From: Armatimonadota bacterium
Lineage (GTDB): Bacteria; Armatimonadota; Fimbriimonadia; Fimbriimonadales; GBS-DC
Reading direction: 5' to 3'
NCBI GenBank assembly: GCA_037444405.1
Contig: JBBIML010000014.1
Span: 1 to 64,000 of the forward strand
Length of the DNA: 64,000 nt
The stretch's first letter is position 1, and the number at the start of each line of letters is the position of its first letter. Position numbers and translations under genes: made by a program. Below, piece by piece: positions 21,326 to 34,333 of this stretch. Under the pieces are notes generated by a model. It made no database searches, was not told where the DNA came from, and saw only the letters and a program-made list of their open reading frames with translations.

Positions 21326-22336
21326 ATGCTGCAGGCGCAACTGCTTGCCCCCCGCGAGCTGGTGTTGCGTGAGGTGCCGATTCCGCAGCCGCGCGAGGGC
21401 GAGGTGCTGGTCAGGGTGCGCGTCGCGCTCACCTGCGGCACCGATTTGAAGACCTATCGGCGCGGGCACGCGCGATTGCCGTTTGGCGTGTTCGGGCACG
21501 AGGGCGCGGGCGATGTGGCGGCGCTCGGCGCGGGCGTGTCGCACCTGAGCGTGGGTCAGCCCGTCACCTGGCTGCCCACCGCGCCATGCGGCGAGTGTCC
21601 CCTCTGTCAGCGCGGGCGACCCAACCTGTGCCGACAGCTGTTCGACGCGGTGGTGCTGGGAACCTATGCGGACTATCTGCTGATTAACGCGCGGGTGGCG
21701 CGGATGCATCTGTTCCCGCTTGAGGGGCTGGACTATCGGCGTGGGGCGTTCACCGAGCCACTGGCGTGCGTGCTGCATGCATGGCGCGTGCTGACGCCGT
21801 TGCCGGGCAGGCGCGTGTGCATTCTCGGCACGGGCGCGATGGGCTACCTGCACCTGATGGTTGCCCGCGCCCGCGGCTGCGAAGTGCTGATGGTTGGCAG
21901 GCGCGCTGAACGCCTGCAGCTGGCGAAGGAGCTGGGCGCGGAAACGCTGGTGGCGGACCCCGCAGAACTGCCTGTGCGCGTGCAGGCGGCAACCGACGGC
22001 GGCGCGGATGTGGTGATCGAAGCCACGGGCGCACGCGCCATCTGGGAGCTGGCGCCCCAGCTCTGTGCGCCCGGGGGCAAGGTGCTGCTCTACAGCGGGC
22101 TGGCGAAGGGCGAGCAGGTCTGCTTCGATGCCGAACGCCTGCACTACGACGAAGTCGCTCTCTTGGGCAGTTTCCACTACACCACACAGAGTGCGCAGGA
22201 CGCGCTCCAGATGCTCCGTGACCCGTCGCTACCCGTCGAGCGGCTGATCACCGACACGCGCCCGCTAAAAGAGATTCCGCAGGTGTTTGAAGAGCTGGAT
22301 CGGGGTATTGGGCTGAAGGTGGCGATTGTGCCATAG
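21326..22336 (+). CDS. Zn-dependent medium-chain dehydrogenase (sorbitol/threonine dehydrogenase-like)
   Basis: CGTD, GHEGAG, CGECPLC...NLC, GTGAMG. Confidence 0.92.
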   Translation: MLQAQLLAPRELVLREVPIPQPREGEVLVRVRVALTCGTDLKTYRRGHARLPFGVFGHEGAGDVAALGAGVSHLSVGQPVTWLPTAPCGECPLCQRGRPNLCRQLFDAVVLGTYADYLLINARVARMHLFPLEGLDYRRGAFTEPLACVLHAWRVLTPLPGRRVCILGTGAMGYLHLMVARARGCEVLMVGRRAERLQLAKELGAETLVADPAELPVRVQAATDGGADVVIEATGARAIWELAPQLCAPGGKVLLYSGLAKGEQVCFDAERLHYDEVALLGSFHYTTQSAQDALQMLRDPSLPVERLITDTRPLKEIPQVFEELDRGIGLKVAIVP

Positions 22337-22340
22337 AAAA

Positions 22341-22417
22341 TGGTCGGGGCGGGCAGATTCGAACTGCCGACCTCTCCCACCCGAAAGGAGCGCTCTACCA
22401 TGCTGAGCTACGCCCCG
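22341..22417 (-). tRNA. tRNA-Pro(CGG)
   Basis: Cloverleaf, anticodon loop TTCGGGT, TTCGAAT T-loop, CCA end. Confidence 0.95.
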
Positions 22418-22472
22418 ACCGCCTTAATTATACCCGCATGCCGCCCTTGAAGGCAGATCCCGCGCTGACCCC

Positions 22473-22500
22473 TTGACATCGACGCAAAATGGGGTATAAT
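22473..22500 (+). promoter_or_regulatory. Consensus sigma70 promoter
   Basis: TTGACA-N16-TATAAT upstream of an AGGAGG RBS. Confidence 0.85.
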
Positions 22501-22541
22501 AGTGCATCATACCCTAACCGATAGGAGGAGGTACACAACTG

Positions 22542-23390
22542 ATGATGCGCAAGGGCTTTACATTGATTGAGTTGCTGGTCGTTATCGCGATCATCGCCAT
22601 TCTGGCGGCGATCCTGTTCCCAGTGTTTGCGCAGGCGCGGGAAGCAGCGCGCAAGACCCAGTGTCTATCGAATGGCAACCAGATGGGTAAAGCCATTCTG
22701 ATGTACGCCCAGGACTTCGACGAGGCGATCGTGCCATGGGTCAAGCCCACCGAGTATACCAATCAGCCCCTCGTGGAGCGCCTCTGGGTCTGGTTGTTGC
22801 ATCCCTATATCAAGAGCGAGGTGCAGAAACCAACCCAGGCGGGTCAGCGATGGATTCAGGGTGGGCGTCCCAAAGGGGTCTACTTCTGTCCGTCCTGGAG
22901 CGTCGAGCGATACCTCGAGGGTGCCGATATGCCCGACTGCTACCCTGGCGTGATGCGAGGCTACCTGATGCCGGGTGGTCCGGTAGAGGTCTATGCCTAC
23001 TACGGCATCACCTTCCAGCAGTGCAGGGAGCTGGGCGGCGGCGTTCCCCAGGACCCTGCCTTCCAGTTCGCGGGTAGCATGGCGTATCCGCCTACACCCT
23101 GCACGGATGGCTGGCAGCCCGTAACACGCTACATGTCGGAGATTCGCCGTCCGGCGGAGACCATCCTGATAGGCGATGGCTACACAGGGCTGGATCGGGT
23201 TCCGCAGTATATCATTATCTCCATCGGCTGCGAAACCCAGAAAATCCATCAGGATGGTGCGAACTTCACCTTCCTGGACGGGCACTCCCGTAATATCAAG
23301 CGCAATGTGGAGCGCTACCTGTTAGAGGTACGCCAGCCTAACAACCAGATTCGGTACTACATGCGCTACTTCTCCTTCCATGTGGAGTAA
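22542..23390 (+). CDS. Prepilin-type N-terminal methylation / DUF1559 / H-X9-DG domain protein
   Basis: [49 protein letters not shown]. Confidence 0.93.
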   Translation: MMRKGFTLIELLVVIAIIAILAAILFPVFAQAREAARKTQCLSNGNQMGKAILMYAQDFDEAIVPWVKPTEYTNQPLVERLWVWLLHPYIKSEVQKPTQAGQRWIQGGRPKGVYFCPSWSVERYLEGADMPDCYPGVMRGYLMPGGPVEVYAYYGITFQQCRELGGGVPQDPAFQFAGSMAYPPTPCTDGWQPVTRYMSEIRRPAETILIGDGYTGLDRVPQYIIISIGCETQKIHQDGANFTFLDGHSRNIKRNVERYLLEVRQPNNQIRYYMRYFSFHVE

Positions 23391-23393
23391 GCC

Positions 23394-23615
23394 ATGGGCA
23401 AGTTCACTGGGATAATCCGGTCGCTTCTACTTGGGTTAGGAGCTGTTGCCTTCTTGCTGACCGCAACAGTTAGCCTTACGGGTTGCGGGAAGAAGGGGGA
23501 AGAGGCTTCAGCGGAGGGCTATTATGAAGGTCCAATGAAGCCCAAAACGGAGCGGGGTATTTCCCCGACTCCGGGCGGCTCCGAGACTCAGGTAGGCGGC
23601 GGACAGGGTCGCTGA
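23394..23615 (+). CDS. Small lipoprotein (73 aa)
   Basis: Lipobox LTGC; GYYEGPMKPK. Confidence 0.8.
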   Translation: MGKFTGIIRSLLLGLGAVAFLLTATVSLTGCGKKGEEASAEGYYEGPMKPKTERGISPTPGGSETQVGGGQGR

Positions 23616-23684
23616 CCGTGCTTACCCCCACAGCGGGTTATCACCCCTGTGGGGGTATTGCGCTTACAGGTGAGGAGCAAGGCT

Positions 23685-23921
23685 ATGGAACAAAGCAGCC
23701 TTCGCAATATTATCATTCTTCTCGTTATCGGGCTTATACTTGCCGGGGTCGCCTTCTATTTGCGCTATCGTGCGACCCGTGAGGAGCCTCCACCCCCTGG
23801 CTACTACACAGGTCCGATGCTGCCCAAGAGCCAGCGGATGGGCATGCCAGGCATGCCGCCCCCAGCACAGAGCGGCACAGGTTCTGATACGGGTTCTAAT
23901 GCACCATCAACTCGGCGATAG
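23685..23921 (+). CDS. Small single-TM protein (78 aa)
   Basis: GAGGAG RBS, N-terminal TM segment, GYYTGPMLPK. Confidence 0.78.
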   Translation: MEQSSLRNIIILLVIGLILAGVAFYLRYRATREEPPPPGYYTGPMLPKSQRMGMPGMPPPAQSGTGSDTGSNAPSTRR

Positions 23922-24016
23922 CCGCTCTGGAGGCAGGTTCTTAAGGCAGGGACAGGCAGCGCATCCAAACAGGTGGGCGGTCCTGCTCCGCAAAGGGGGC
24001 GCATCGCGCCCTGTTG

Positions 24017-24057
24017 AAGAAAAACACACCCCCTGTGCGGTTATACGCACAGGGGGT
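24017..24057 (-). terminator. Intrinsic terminator
   Basis: ACCCCCTGTGCG/CGCACAGGGGGT stem with a T-rich tail on the minus strand. Confidence 0.75.
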
Positions 24058-24100
24058 TCGCATTAAGCCCTGCATGGTTGGCAGAGCGTTGTGGATACCC

Positions 24101-25012
24101 TTACCGGGAAGAGCGCACGCACCGACCCAGCTGACCGAACTGGTCGTCGTCCACGATGCCCCACAGGTCAGGTGAGCCGGGTGTGGCTGGATTCGAAACG
24201 CACACGCGCTGTTGTTGCTGACCACAGAAGCGGTTGTAAGGCGCCTGCTGCACACACCAGCGATTGGGAACGCTCTTGTTATTGATATTGTTGGATGTGC
24301 AGGGCACGGGTTTCGCTTTGAGAGCGCGCGCATGCCCGTCGGCATAAGCGACCGAGACGGTCTCCTGATGGCGCCCCTCAATCGCTGTGGTCAGCACACC
24401 GGTGGGATATTGATTAGAGGGCGCGGTGGTGAACAGCCCATATGCAGGGGTACAGCCGCCACCTGCCTGCATAAAGTTCCCATCCATAAAGACGGTGGTC
24501 TCCGCTGCATAGGCCAGCTCTGCCTGCTTGATAGGCGCTTCCGCACGGTTCACCAGCTGCCCACTGCTGCCGCCCGGATTGGGCCCTGCCACGATCAGCG
24601 ATGTGTTCGGCACATAGCTGAAATTGCGGAACTGACCACACTCGCCATTGTCGGGCGCACTCGGATTCCAGAATGCCCCCATATCCATTGCATCCCGCCG
24701 CGACGGGCAGGAGAAAAGCCCCTTATCCTTCTTATCCTTGATGTAAGGATCGATTGCCGACAGGAAGGTGTAGGCGCACTGGATGTTGCCCTGGCGCACA
24801 CTGCGGTAAGCCAACATCGGGAAGGTCTCGTCGTAGTCCTGGATGTATTGCATCACACCCAGCACAATCTGCTTGTTGTTGGACAGGCATTCGGTCTGTC
24901 GCGCCTTCTCTCGCGCCTGTGCAAACACCGGGAAAAGGATCGCCGCCAGAATGGCAATAATGGCGATCACCACCAGCAACTCAATCAGCGTAAAGCCCGT
25001 TCGTCTCATCAT
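24101..25012 (-). CDS. Second prepilin-type / DUF1559 / H-X9-DG protein, Cys-rich C-terminus
   Basis: [46 protein letters not shown]. Confidence 0.93.
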   Translation of the reverse strand: MMRRTGFTLIELLVVIAIIAILAAILFPVFAQAREKARQTECLSNNKQIVLGVMQYIQDYDETFPMLAYRSVRQGNIQCAYTFLSAIDPYIKDKKDKGLFSCPSRRDAMDMGAFWNPSAPDNGECGQFRNFSYVPNTSLIVAGPNPGGSSGQLVNRAEAPIKQAELAYAAETTVFMDGNFMQAGGGCTPAYGLFTTAPSNQYPTGVLTTAIEGRHQETVSVAYADGHARALKAKPVPCTSNNINNKSVPNRWCVQQAPYNRFCGQQQQRVCVSNPATPGSPDLWGIVDDDQFGQLGRCVRSSR

Positions 25013-25097
25013 CCATAAACCTCCTCAGTCTGGTATTGAGATACCCTCCATTATACCCCATTTTGCCATCGGATGAAAGGGGGTATACTTCCACCCG

Positions 25098-25754
25098 ATG
25101 GAGTGGGTTCAGCGGGTGGTTGAGTTTGTGCTATGGCTGATGGCGGTGCTGCTGAGCATCACCATCCATGAGTTCGCTCACGCGAAGTATGCCGACTGGG
25201 CGGGCGACCCCACGCCCGCCCGACAGGGGCGCGTGACGCTCAACCCGCTCGCTCACCTCGACCCGATGGGCACGATCCTGATTCTCATCACCGCCTTATC
25301 GGGCTACGGCTTCGGCTGGGGACGCCCGGTGGAGATCAATCCGGGCTACTTTCGCCATCCGCGCCGCGACTGGGTGCTGTGTGCGTTCTGGGGACCGCTG
25401 TCGAATATTTTGCTGGCGGCGCTGTTCGCGGGGCTTGTGCGGGCGATGCTCGCCACAGGGCTGGGGTGGGGCACCATCTTCCTCGATTTCGCGCTGATTA
25501 TGGTGCTGGTCAATATCGGGCTGGCGCTGTTTAACCTGCTGCCCATTCACCCGCTGGATGGCTCGAAGGTGCTGTCGGGCTTTCTGTCGGATGTGTTCGA
25601 CCGCCGCTACTGGTCGTTTCAGCTGGTGTATGGACCGATGCTGTTTCTGCTGCTGGTGCTGTTCATTCCGGTGCTGACGGGCGGGCATGTGCGTCCCATC
25701 TGGATGATTCTGGCGCCTGTTTACGAACTAACGGTTCGACTGCTGCTGGGGTAA
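25098..25754 (+). CDS. Site-2 protease family (M50) metalloprotease
   Basis: HEFAH, NPLAHLDP, FNLLPIHPLDG. Confidence 0.94.
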   Translation: MEWVQRVVEFVLWLMAVLLSITIHEFAHAKYADWAGDPTPARQGRVTLNPLAHLDPMGTILILITALSGYGFGWGRPVEINPGYFRHPRRDWVLCAFWGPLSNILLAALFAGLVRAMLATGLGWGTIFLDFALIMVLVNIGLALFNLLPIHPLDGSKVLSGFLSDVFDRRYWSFQLVYGPMLFLLLVLFIPVLTGGHVRPIWMILAPVYELTVRLLLG

Positions 25755-25770
25755 AATAGAGCTGGTCAGC

Positions 25771-25862
25771 GGAGCGGTGCCCGAGTGGCTGAAGGGACAC
25801 GACTGGAAATCGTGTAGCCTCCGAAAGGGGGCTCGTGGGTTCGAATCCCACCCGCTCCGCCA
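25771..25862 (+). tRNA. tRNA-Ser(GGA)
   Basis: Anticodon loop CTGGAAA, long variable arm, CCA end. Confidence 0.95.
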
Positions 25863-25891
25863 TTCTGTTAGCAGGAGGTCGGGGAGAAGCG

Positions 25892-27304
25892 TTGAGGCGA
25901 TGGCTCTGGCGTGGGGTACTGACGCTCGGCGGGTTGCTCGGCTCCTATGTGGGGATGAGCTGTCTGCTGTTCGTGCTGGGTCTGCACCGTGCCAGCCTCC
26001 CCCAGCAGATTGAGCAATGGCGACCCCTGCCTGTGCCGCAGCTGTCCCAGCGCGTTCTGATAGTGGCGCCGCATCCGGATGACGAGGTGCTGGGTTGCGG
26101 CGGCGTGATCGCGGCGGCGGTACGGATGGGCGTGCCCGTGCGGGTGGTGTATCTCACCTGCGGCGACGGCTATGCGGGCGCCGCGACCCTGCTGGCGCGT
26201 CGCACGCCGACCCCGGATGACTTTCTGGCGCTGGGCAGCCTGCGTATCGAGGAAGCCCGGCGCTCGGCGCAGCGGCTGGGGCTGACCCCGGACGCGCTGG
26301 TCTTTCTGGGCTATCCTGACCGCCAGCTCTGGCAGATGGCGCTGGCGGGTTCCGACCCGCTCCGCTCGCCCGCTACCCACTGCGACCGCGTGCCCTATCC
26401 GCAGGCGTTGCGCCCCGGTGCGCCCTGCACCGCCGACGCGCTGGTTGCCGACCTGCGCCGTGCCCTCACCGATTTTCAGCCGACTCATATCTTCGTGACC
26501 CATCCCCTGGACGACCATCCCGACCATCTGGCGGCGCCGCTTTATGTGTGGGAGGCGGTTGCGCAGGCGTGGGAGCGCGGTGACCTGCTCGTGCAGCCGG
26601 AGCTGTTCTACTATCTGGTGCATCGGGGCGACTGGCCCCTGCCGCAGGGCTATCATCCCCGCCGCGCCCTTGCGCCCCCGCGCGGGCTGGAGCAGGCGCC
26701 CTGGCTCCAGCTGAAACTGGATGGCGAGCTGCTGATGCGCAAGCAGGCGGCGCTGCGAGCGCACGAATCGCAGTACGCCCTGATGGGGCGATTCCTGAAC
26801 AGTTTCCTGCGCACCAGTGAGCTGTTTCTGGCGGCGGGTGTGCTGGAGCCGAACCCGATTGACGATAACCCGGTGCTCCATCTGCGTCCGGGGGCAGACC
26901 TGCAGCGGGTGGCGGTGCAGGCGAGCGATGCGGGTCTGCAACTGCAGGTGTGGACGCGCCAGCCGCTGACCGCACCGATTCAGCTCCAGATTACGCTGGT
27001 TGGCGTCACCTGCGAGGCGCGCTGGCAGGCGCGCACATGGCTCTATCGCCCTGAACGCCGACGGCTTTTTGAAGGGGCGGTGCAGGCGCATGGCGCACAT
27101 CTCACCTTCTGGCTGCCCGTGCGCGACCTGCGCTCGCTGAAGCGGGCGTACCTGCTGGTGCAGACGCGCCTCTATCAGATGGAGCTGGATCGGAGCGGGT
27201 TTATGCCCGTTCCGCTGGCACCTTCGGGCGCGTATGCGCTCGCGGCAGGGGATGACCCATCTCGCGCAGCAGCCCTGCAATCTGCTCTATCAGATGGTCG
27301 GTGA
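25892..27304 (+). CDS. PIG-L/LmbE-family deacetylase with N-terminal membrane anchor
   Basis: APHPDDEVLGCGG, LGYPD, DDHPDH, AHESQ; TTG start is approximate. Confidence 0.88.
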   Translation: MRRWLWRGVLTLGGLLGSYVGMSCLLFVLGLHRASLPQQIEQWRPLPVPQLSQRVLIVAPHPDDEVLGCGGVIAAAVRMGVPVRVVYLTCGDGYAGAATLLARRTPTPDDFLALGSLRIEEARRSAQRLGLTPDALVFLGYPDRQLWQMALAGSDPLRSPATHCDRVPYPQALRPGAPCTADALVADLRRALTDFQPTHIFVTHPLDDHPDHLAAPLYVWEAVAQAWERGDLLVQPELFYYLVHRGDWPLPQGYHPRRALAPPRGLEQAPWLQLKLDGELLMRKQAALRAHESQYALMGRFLNSFLRTSELFLAAGVLEPNPIDDNPVLHLRPGADLQRVAVQASDAGLQLQVWTRQPLTAPIQLQITLVGVTCEARWQARTWLYRPERRRLFEGAVQAHGAHLTFWLPVRDLRSLKRAYLLVQTRLYQMELDRSGFMPVPLAPSGAYALAAGDDPSRAAALQSALSDGR

Positions 27305-27884
27305 AAGCGTTGCGTGCCTCGCGGTCGGTGCGAGTTCCGAACATCCGGGCGTAGGAGACCGGCGCCCCAAAAGCGACTTTCACTTTAGCAGGGCGGAACA
27401 TTCGGGCGCCTCTTGGCATGGCGCGTTCGGTGCCGATGATGGCGGTGGGCAGCACGGGCGCGCCCGATTGACGCGCCAGCAGGGTCGCGCCGTGCGTTGG
27501 TGGCAGGAGGCATTCGCCTGTGCCGCGCGTGCCCTCGATGAAAATCAGCACGGCGCGCCCCTCGTGCAGGTGGTTCAGCGCGGTGCGAATCGCGCCGATG
27601 TCCGCCGTGCCGCGCTCTACAGGGAAACCGCCCAGCCGCCGAAACAGCGCGCTTAACACGGGGATTCGGAACAGCTCCGCCTTTGCCACATAGCGCAGTT
27701 CACGCGGGCAGGCGCAGCCAATCAGCGGGGGATCGAGCATGCTGAGATGATTTGAAGCAACCACCAGCGCGCCCGTCAGCGGCACCCGCTCCGCCCCATA
27801 CACCTCCAGCCGAAAGAGCAGGCGTGCCAGCCCGCGCACCAGCACCCAGCCCGCCCGATAGAGCCAGTCGTCGGAGCGAACCAT
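27201..27884 (-). CDS. plsC: 1-acyl-sn-glycerol-3-phosphate acyltransferase
   Basis: NHLSMLDP (HX4D), AKAELF, FIEGTR. Confidence 0.92.
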   Translation of the reverse strand: MVRSDDWLYRAGWVLVRGLARLLFRLEVYGAERVPLTGALVVASNHLSMLDPPLIGCACPRELRYVAKAELFRIPVLSALFRRLGGFPVERGTADIGAIRTALNHLHEGRAVLIFIEGTRGTGECLLPPTHGATLLARQSGAPVLPTAIIGTERAMPRGARMFRPAKVKVAFGAPVSYARMFGTRTDREARNAFTDHLIEQIAGLLREMGHPLPRAHTRPKVPAERA

Positions 27885-27888
27885 CCCG

Positions 27889-28302
27889 CTACCCCTCAAT
27901 CTGGAACTCGGAGCGCACGGACACGGGCACACGCAGGGTCGCCGACGCCGAACAGTATTTCTCGTCGGAGAGCCGAACCGCGCGCGCCACCGCCTGAGGG
28001 TCCAGGTTGTTGCCTTTCAGGATATGTGTGATGACCACCTCGGTGAAGTGGCGCGGTGCTTCGGCGCGGCGCTCGGCGTGGATGCGCACCCGATAGTCGG
28101 TCAGCTCCTGCTTCATCTTGCGCAGGATGGCAACCACATCGAAGGCGGTGCAGGCGGCGACCGCCAGCAGCAGATGCTCCATCGGGCGGGCTGCCACATC
28201 GTTCCCACCGCTTTCGGGCGACGCATCGAACAGAATGGTGTGCCCCGAAGTCGCCACGCCCTCAAACAGCATATTGCCCTTCCACACCAGCTCGCCGTTC
28301 AT
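27889..28302 (-). CDS. OsmC/YhfA-family protein
   Basis: PME.LL.A..ACT..DV..IL.KM; KYCS. Confidence 0.92.
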   Translation of the reverse strand: MNGELVWKGNMLFEGVATSGHTILFDASPESGGNDVAARPMEHLLLAVAACTAFDVVAILRKMKQELTDYRVRIHAERRAEAPRHFTEVVITHILKGNNLDPQAVARAVRLSDEKYCSASATLRVPVSVRSEFQIEG

Positions 28303-28345
28303 CGTTAGCGAGAGTATACCTCAGCGATTGGGGCTGACAGATTGA

Positions 28346-31401
<3,056 letters not shown>

Positions 31402-31438
31402 AACCAGCCGTCCCCATCGAACAGCCATAATTAAAGCG

Positions 31439-32566
31439 ATGGTCTGTCCAAAGTGCTTTGCGGAGATACCCGATACGAGCGCGTTCTGCATGGAGTGCGG
31501 GGCGCGGTTGCGGGAGGACACAACCGACCCGCTGTATGCCGAAGGCTCCGATCGGGAGGTATACCCCGAAATCGCGCGGGCGAACCTGCTGCGCATGAAG
31601 GGCGAGTACGAGGCAGCGGTCGAGGTCTGTCTGGGCATTCTGCGCCGCTACCCCAGCAACGAGACGGCGCACGCCCTGCTGGGCGATATCTACGCCGATC
31701 AGGGCAAGCTCGCCGACGCCATCCAGTGGTACGAACTGCTGGTCGATCTGGCGCCCACCAGCGCGGTCTATCGGGCGAAGCTGGAGAATCTGCGTGCGTT
31801 GCAGGCGGCGCAGCAGGCACAGCCAGTGATGCCGTCCCCAGCGATGCCGGCGAACGCGGAGCCAGTGCGCCCGTCCACGCTGCGCGTGTGGGTCTACGCG
31901 CTGTTCGGTCTGCTCATATTGATTCTGGTTGCGGCGGCGTTTGTGGCGGGGCAGCGGATGTCCTCCGCCAGCCTTGAGCCGTCAAGGGCTTCCGCTGCCA
32001 GTTCGGGCGGCATCCAGCCGCCGCGCACGGCTCCTGACGCAACCAGCCGCTTGCCGAGCATCCCGCCACCGCCAGCCGAGCCATCCGACACCCAGGGCAG
32101 CCATGAGCCGTCCAGTGCGCCCCTGCCCTTCTGCGGCATGGGCGAAACGGAGGAGCAGCTCTCACGGGCGATCAGCCAGCAGCTGGGCGGTCAGGCGGTC
32201 GCCTGCTTCTTTGATCCGCTTTTGAACCGCTGGACGGTGCGCACGCGCATTCAGGCAGGTGCGCTCACGCGGGCGCGCGTGATGCAACAGGCGTTGCTGG
32301 TCGCTGCCGCCACCTTCGCGCAGGCGCCCAGCCTGCAGAACGCCACCTTCATCGTGCTGGTGCCGGGCACCGCTGGCTCCGACACCGCGCTCTTCTCTGC
32401 CGAGATCAGCCGCGCGATGTTGCCGCCCGATGTGCGCACGCTCACCGACGCCCAGATCGAAACCCTCTTTCAGTCGACTCGCGTCTGGTGGAACCCCGCT
32501 GTACCACTGACCCCTGCTAATCCAGCAGGTCAGGCGCAGGCGCCGTCGAATCCCTTCTCACAATGA
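31439..32566 (+). CDS. Zinc-ribbon + TPR + TM protein
   Basis: CPKC...FCMECG, TPR-like helices, single TM segment, Pro-rich linker. Confidence 0.8.
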   Translation: MVCPKCFAEIPDTSAFCMECGARLREDTTDPLYAEGSDREVYPEIARANLLRMKGEYEAAVEVCLGILRRYPSNETAHALLGDIYADQGKLADAIQWYELLVDLAPTSAVYRAKLENLRALQAAQQAQPVMPSPAMPANAEPVRPSTLRVWVYALFGLLILILVAAAFVAGQRMSSASLEPSRASAASSGGIQPPRTAPDATSRLPSIPPPPAEPSDTQGSHEPSSAPLPFCGMGETEEQLSRAISQQLGGQAVACFFDPLLNRWTVRTRIQAGALTRARVMQQALLVAAATFAQAPSLQNATFIVLVPGTAGSDTALFSAEISRAMLPPDVRTLTDAQIETLFQSTRVWWNPAVPLTPANPAGQAQAPSNPFSQ

Positions 32567-33990
32567 GCCAGTGGATTGCGCGAGTGCTGTTCGGGGCAGT
32601 AGTCGCGTTCGTTATTGGCAGCGCGATCTGGAACAACATCGTCACCAATCGGCTGATTGAGGAGGCGACGGGGCGCGACATCGAGCGTCAGACGCGCGCG
32701 CTCACGCTGCTATCGGAGCGGGAGGACTTTTTTGACCTTATTCAGTCGCGGCGTCCACCCCGACGCCTGCGCGTGGCAATCGGCGTCGAGCGCATGAACA
32801 ACCCGGTGGGTGTGAAGGTTGCGCTGGCGATGCTGCGCGACCCGGAGCCGCGCGTGCGCGACCGCTTCCTGCAGGCTCTGCTCAAAATCGGAGGCGATAA
32901 TCTCGACGCGCTTGCCGAGGGGCTGAAGAACTCCGACGCGAATGTCAAAAACGGCACGGTGAAGGTGATGGTTCAGCTGGGCACGCGCTGTCTGCCCGTC
33001 GCGCTCAAGGCGTTCGAGAACAAAGATGCGCGTCAGGCAGCCGCCGAGGTGCTGGTGCAGTTCGGCAGCGCGAGCGTGCCCGGCTTGCTCGCGATTCTGA
33101 ACCGTGCGACCGACGAGGAATTGAAACTGGACGCGATAAACACGCTGGGACGCATCGGTGATCGGCAGGCGACTGATGCGCTGCTGCCCTACCTGAATCT
33201 GCCGCCTGAAAAGCGACGAATCGTGCTGGTGGCGCTGGGCAGTATCGCGGACGCCCGCACGGAGTCGATACTGGTGGAGGCGTTGCACTCGCCTGCGGAG
33301 GACCCCGATGCGCGGGCGCAGGTCGCGCTGGGGCTGGGGCGAATCGCCACGCCAGGCGCCATTCGTGCGCTGGTTCAGGCGCTGGGCGACCCCGATCTGG
33401 AGGTGGCGGACGCCGCCGCACAGGGACTGCAGCAGGCGGGCGTGAAGGCGCTGGACGCCCTTGCCAGCGCGCTCGCCGATGATCAAGTCGGTGTGCGCCT
33501 GCGAGCGGTGGCGGCGTTGAGCGGTATTCGCGACCGACGCGCGGTGGAGCTGTTGCGTCGGGCGTTGCATGATGACGACGCGCGGGTTCAACGCGCTGCC
33601 GCCGACGCGCTGGGCGAGAACGGCTTGCCCGAAGCCGTGCCGGTGCTGATCGAGGCGCTCGGCGCGGACGATGGCGGCGTCGCGCTCAGCGCCGTGCGCA
33701 GTTTGACCCGAATCGGTCAGTCGGCTATTCCTGCCCTGTTGAACACCCTGCGTGCCCCGCAGGACACCCAGCAAGCTTACTTCGCCGCGCTGGCGCTGAG
33801 CCAGATTCCAGAAGCCGAACCTGCGCTGCTCCGCGCGGCGCAACAGCCCGAAACGCGCCGATTCGCGCTAATCGCGCTCAAGGAGCGACGCTCGCAAGCG
33901 GCTCGCCCCCTCTTTGAAGGAGCGCAGCACAGCGACGATCCCACCCTGCGCAAGATCGCGCGCGAGGCGCTGATGCAACTCTCGCCATGA
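32563..33990 (+). CDS. Membrane-anchored HEAT-repeat (PBS-lyase-like) protein
   Basis: Repeated AL.D....VR..AA.ALG units; ATGA-coupled. Confidence 0.88.
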   Translation: MSQWIARVLFGAVVAFVIGSAIWNNIVTNRLIEEATGRDIERQTRALTLLSEREDFFDLIQSRRPPRRLRVAIGVERMNNPVGVKVALAMLRDPEPRVRDRFLQALLKIGGDNLDALAEGLKNSDANVKNGTVKVMVQLGTRCLPVALKAFENKDARQAAAEVLVQFGSASVPGLLAILNRATDEELKLDAINTLGRIGDRQATDALLPYLNLPPEKRRIVLVALGSIADARTESILVEALHSPAEDPDARAQVALGLGRIATPGAIRALVQALGDPDLEVADAAAQGLQQAGVKALDALASALADDQVGVRLRAVAALSGIRDRRAVELLRRALHDDDARVQRAAADALGENGLPEAVPVLIEALGADDGGVALSAVRSLTRIGQSAIPALLNTLRAPQDTQQAYFAALALSQIPEAEPALLRAAQQPETRRFALIALKERRSQAARPLFEGAQHSDDPTLRKIAREALMQLSP

Positions 33991-34307
33991 AACCCGCTCG
34001 CGACTGGCTGGGGCGACTGCTGTCCATCACCGTGTTTTTGACGGGCATCGTGTTGATGCTGATCGCCTTCTGGCTCGCCTATCGCATGTTCCAGACGCCG
34101 CCCCAGCGACTGTTCCCAAGCGCAGGCGGCAGCAATCCGAACCTGAACGCGATAGCGACGGGCATCTGGGCAGCCCTGCGCGGCATCCTGCTGCTGGTGC
34201 TGATGGCAATCGTGGGCGGCATGGTCGCCAATCGGGGGATCAACCTCTACCTCGCCGTGCGCCGCGCCGAGTATGAAGAAATGAATGCCGATAACCACAC
34301 CCGATAA
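33987..34307 (+). CDS. Small two-TM membrane protein
   Basis: Two hydrophobic helices; ATGA-coupled. Confidence 0.75.
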   Translation: MKPARDWLGRLLSITVFLTGIVLMLIAFWLAYRMFQTPPQRLFPSAGGSNPNLNAIATGIWAALRGILLLVLMAIVGGMVANRGINLYLAVRRAEYEEMNADNHTR

Positions 34308-34333
34308 GGAGGGTATAATTCATCGCGAGCGAC

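Noticed and set aside
27201..27304. 104-bp convergent overlap of the PIG-L gene and plsC
   Set aside because: Both overlapping tails look like unconserved run-on; common in GC-rich genomes.
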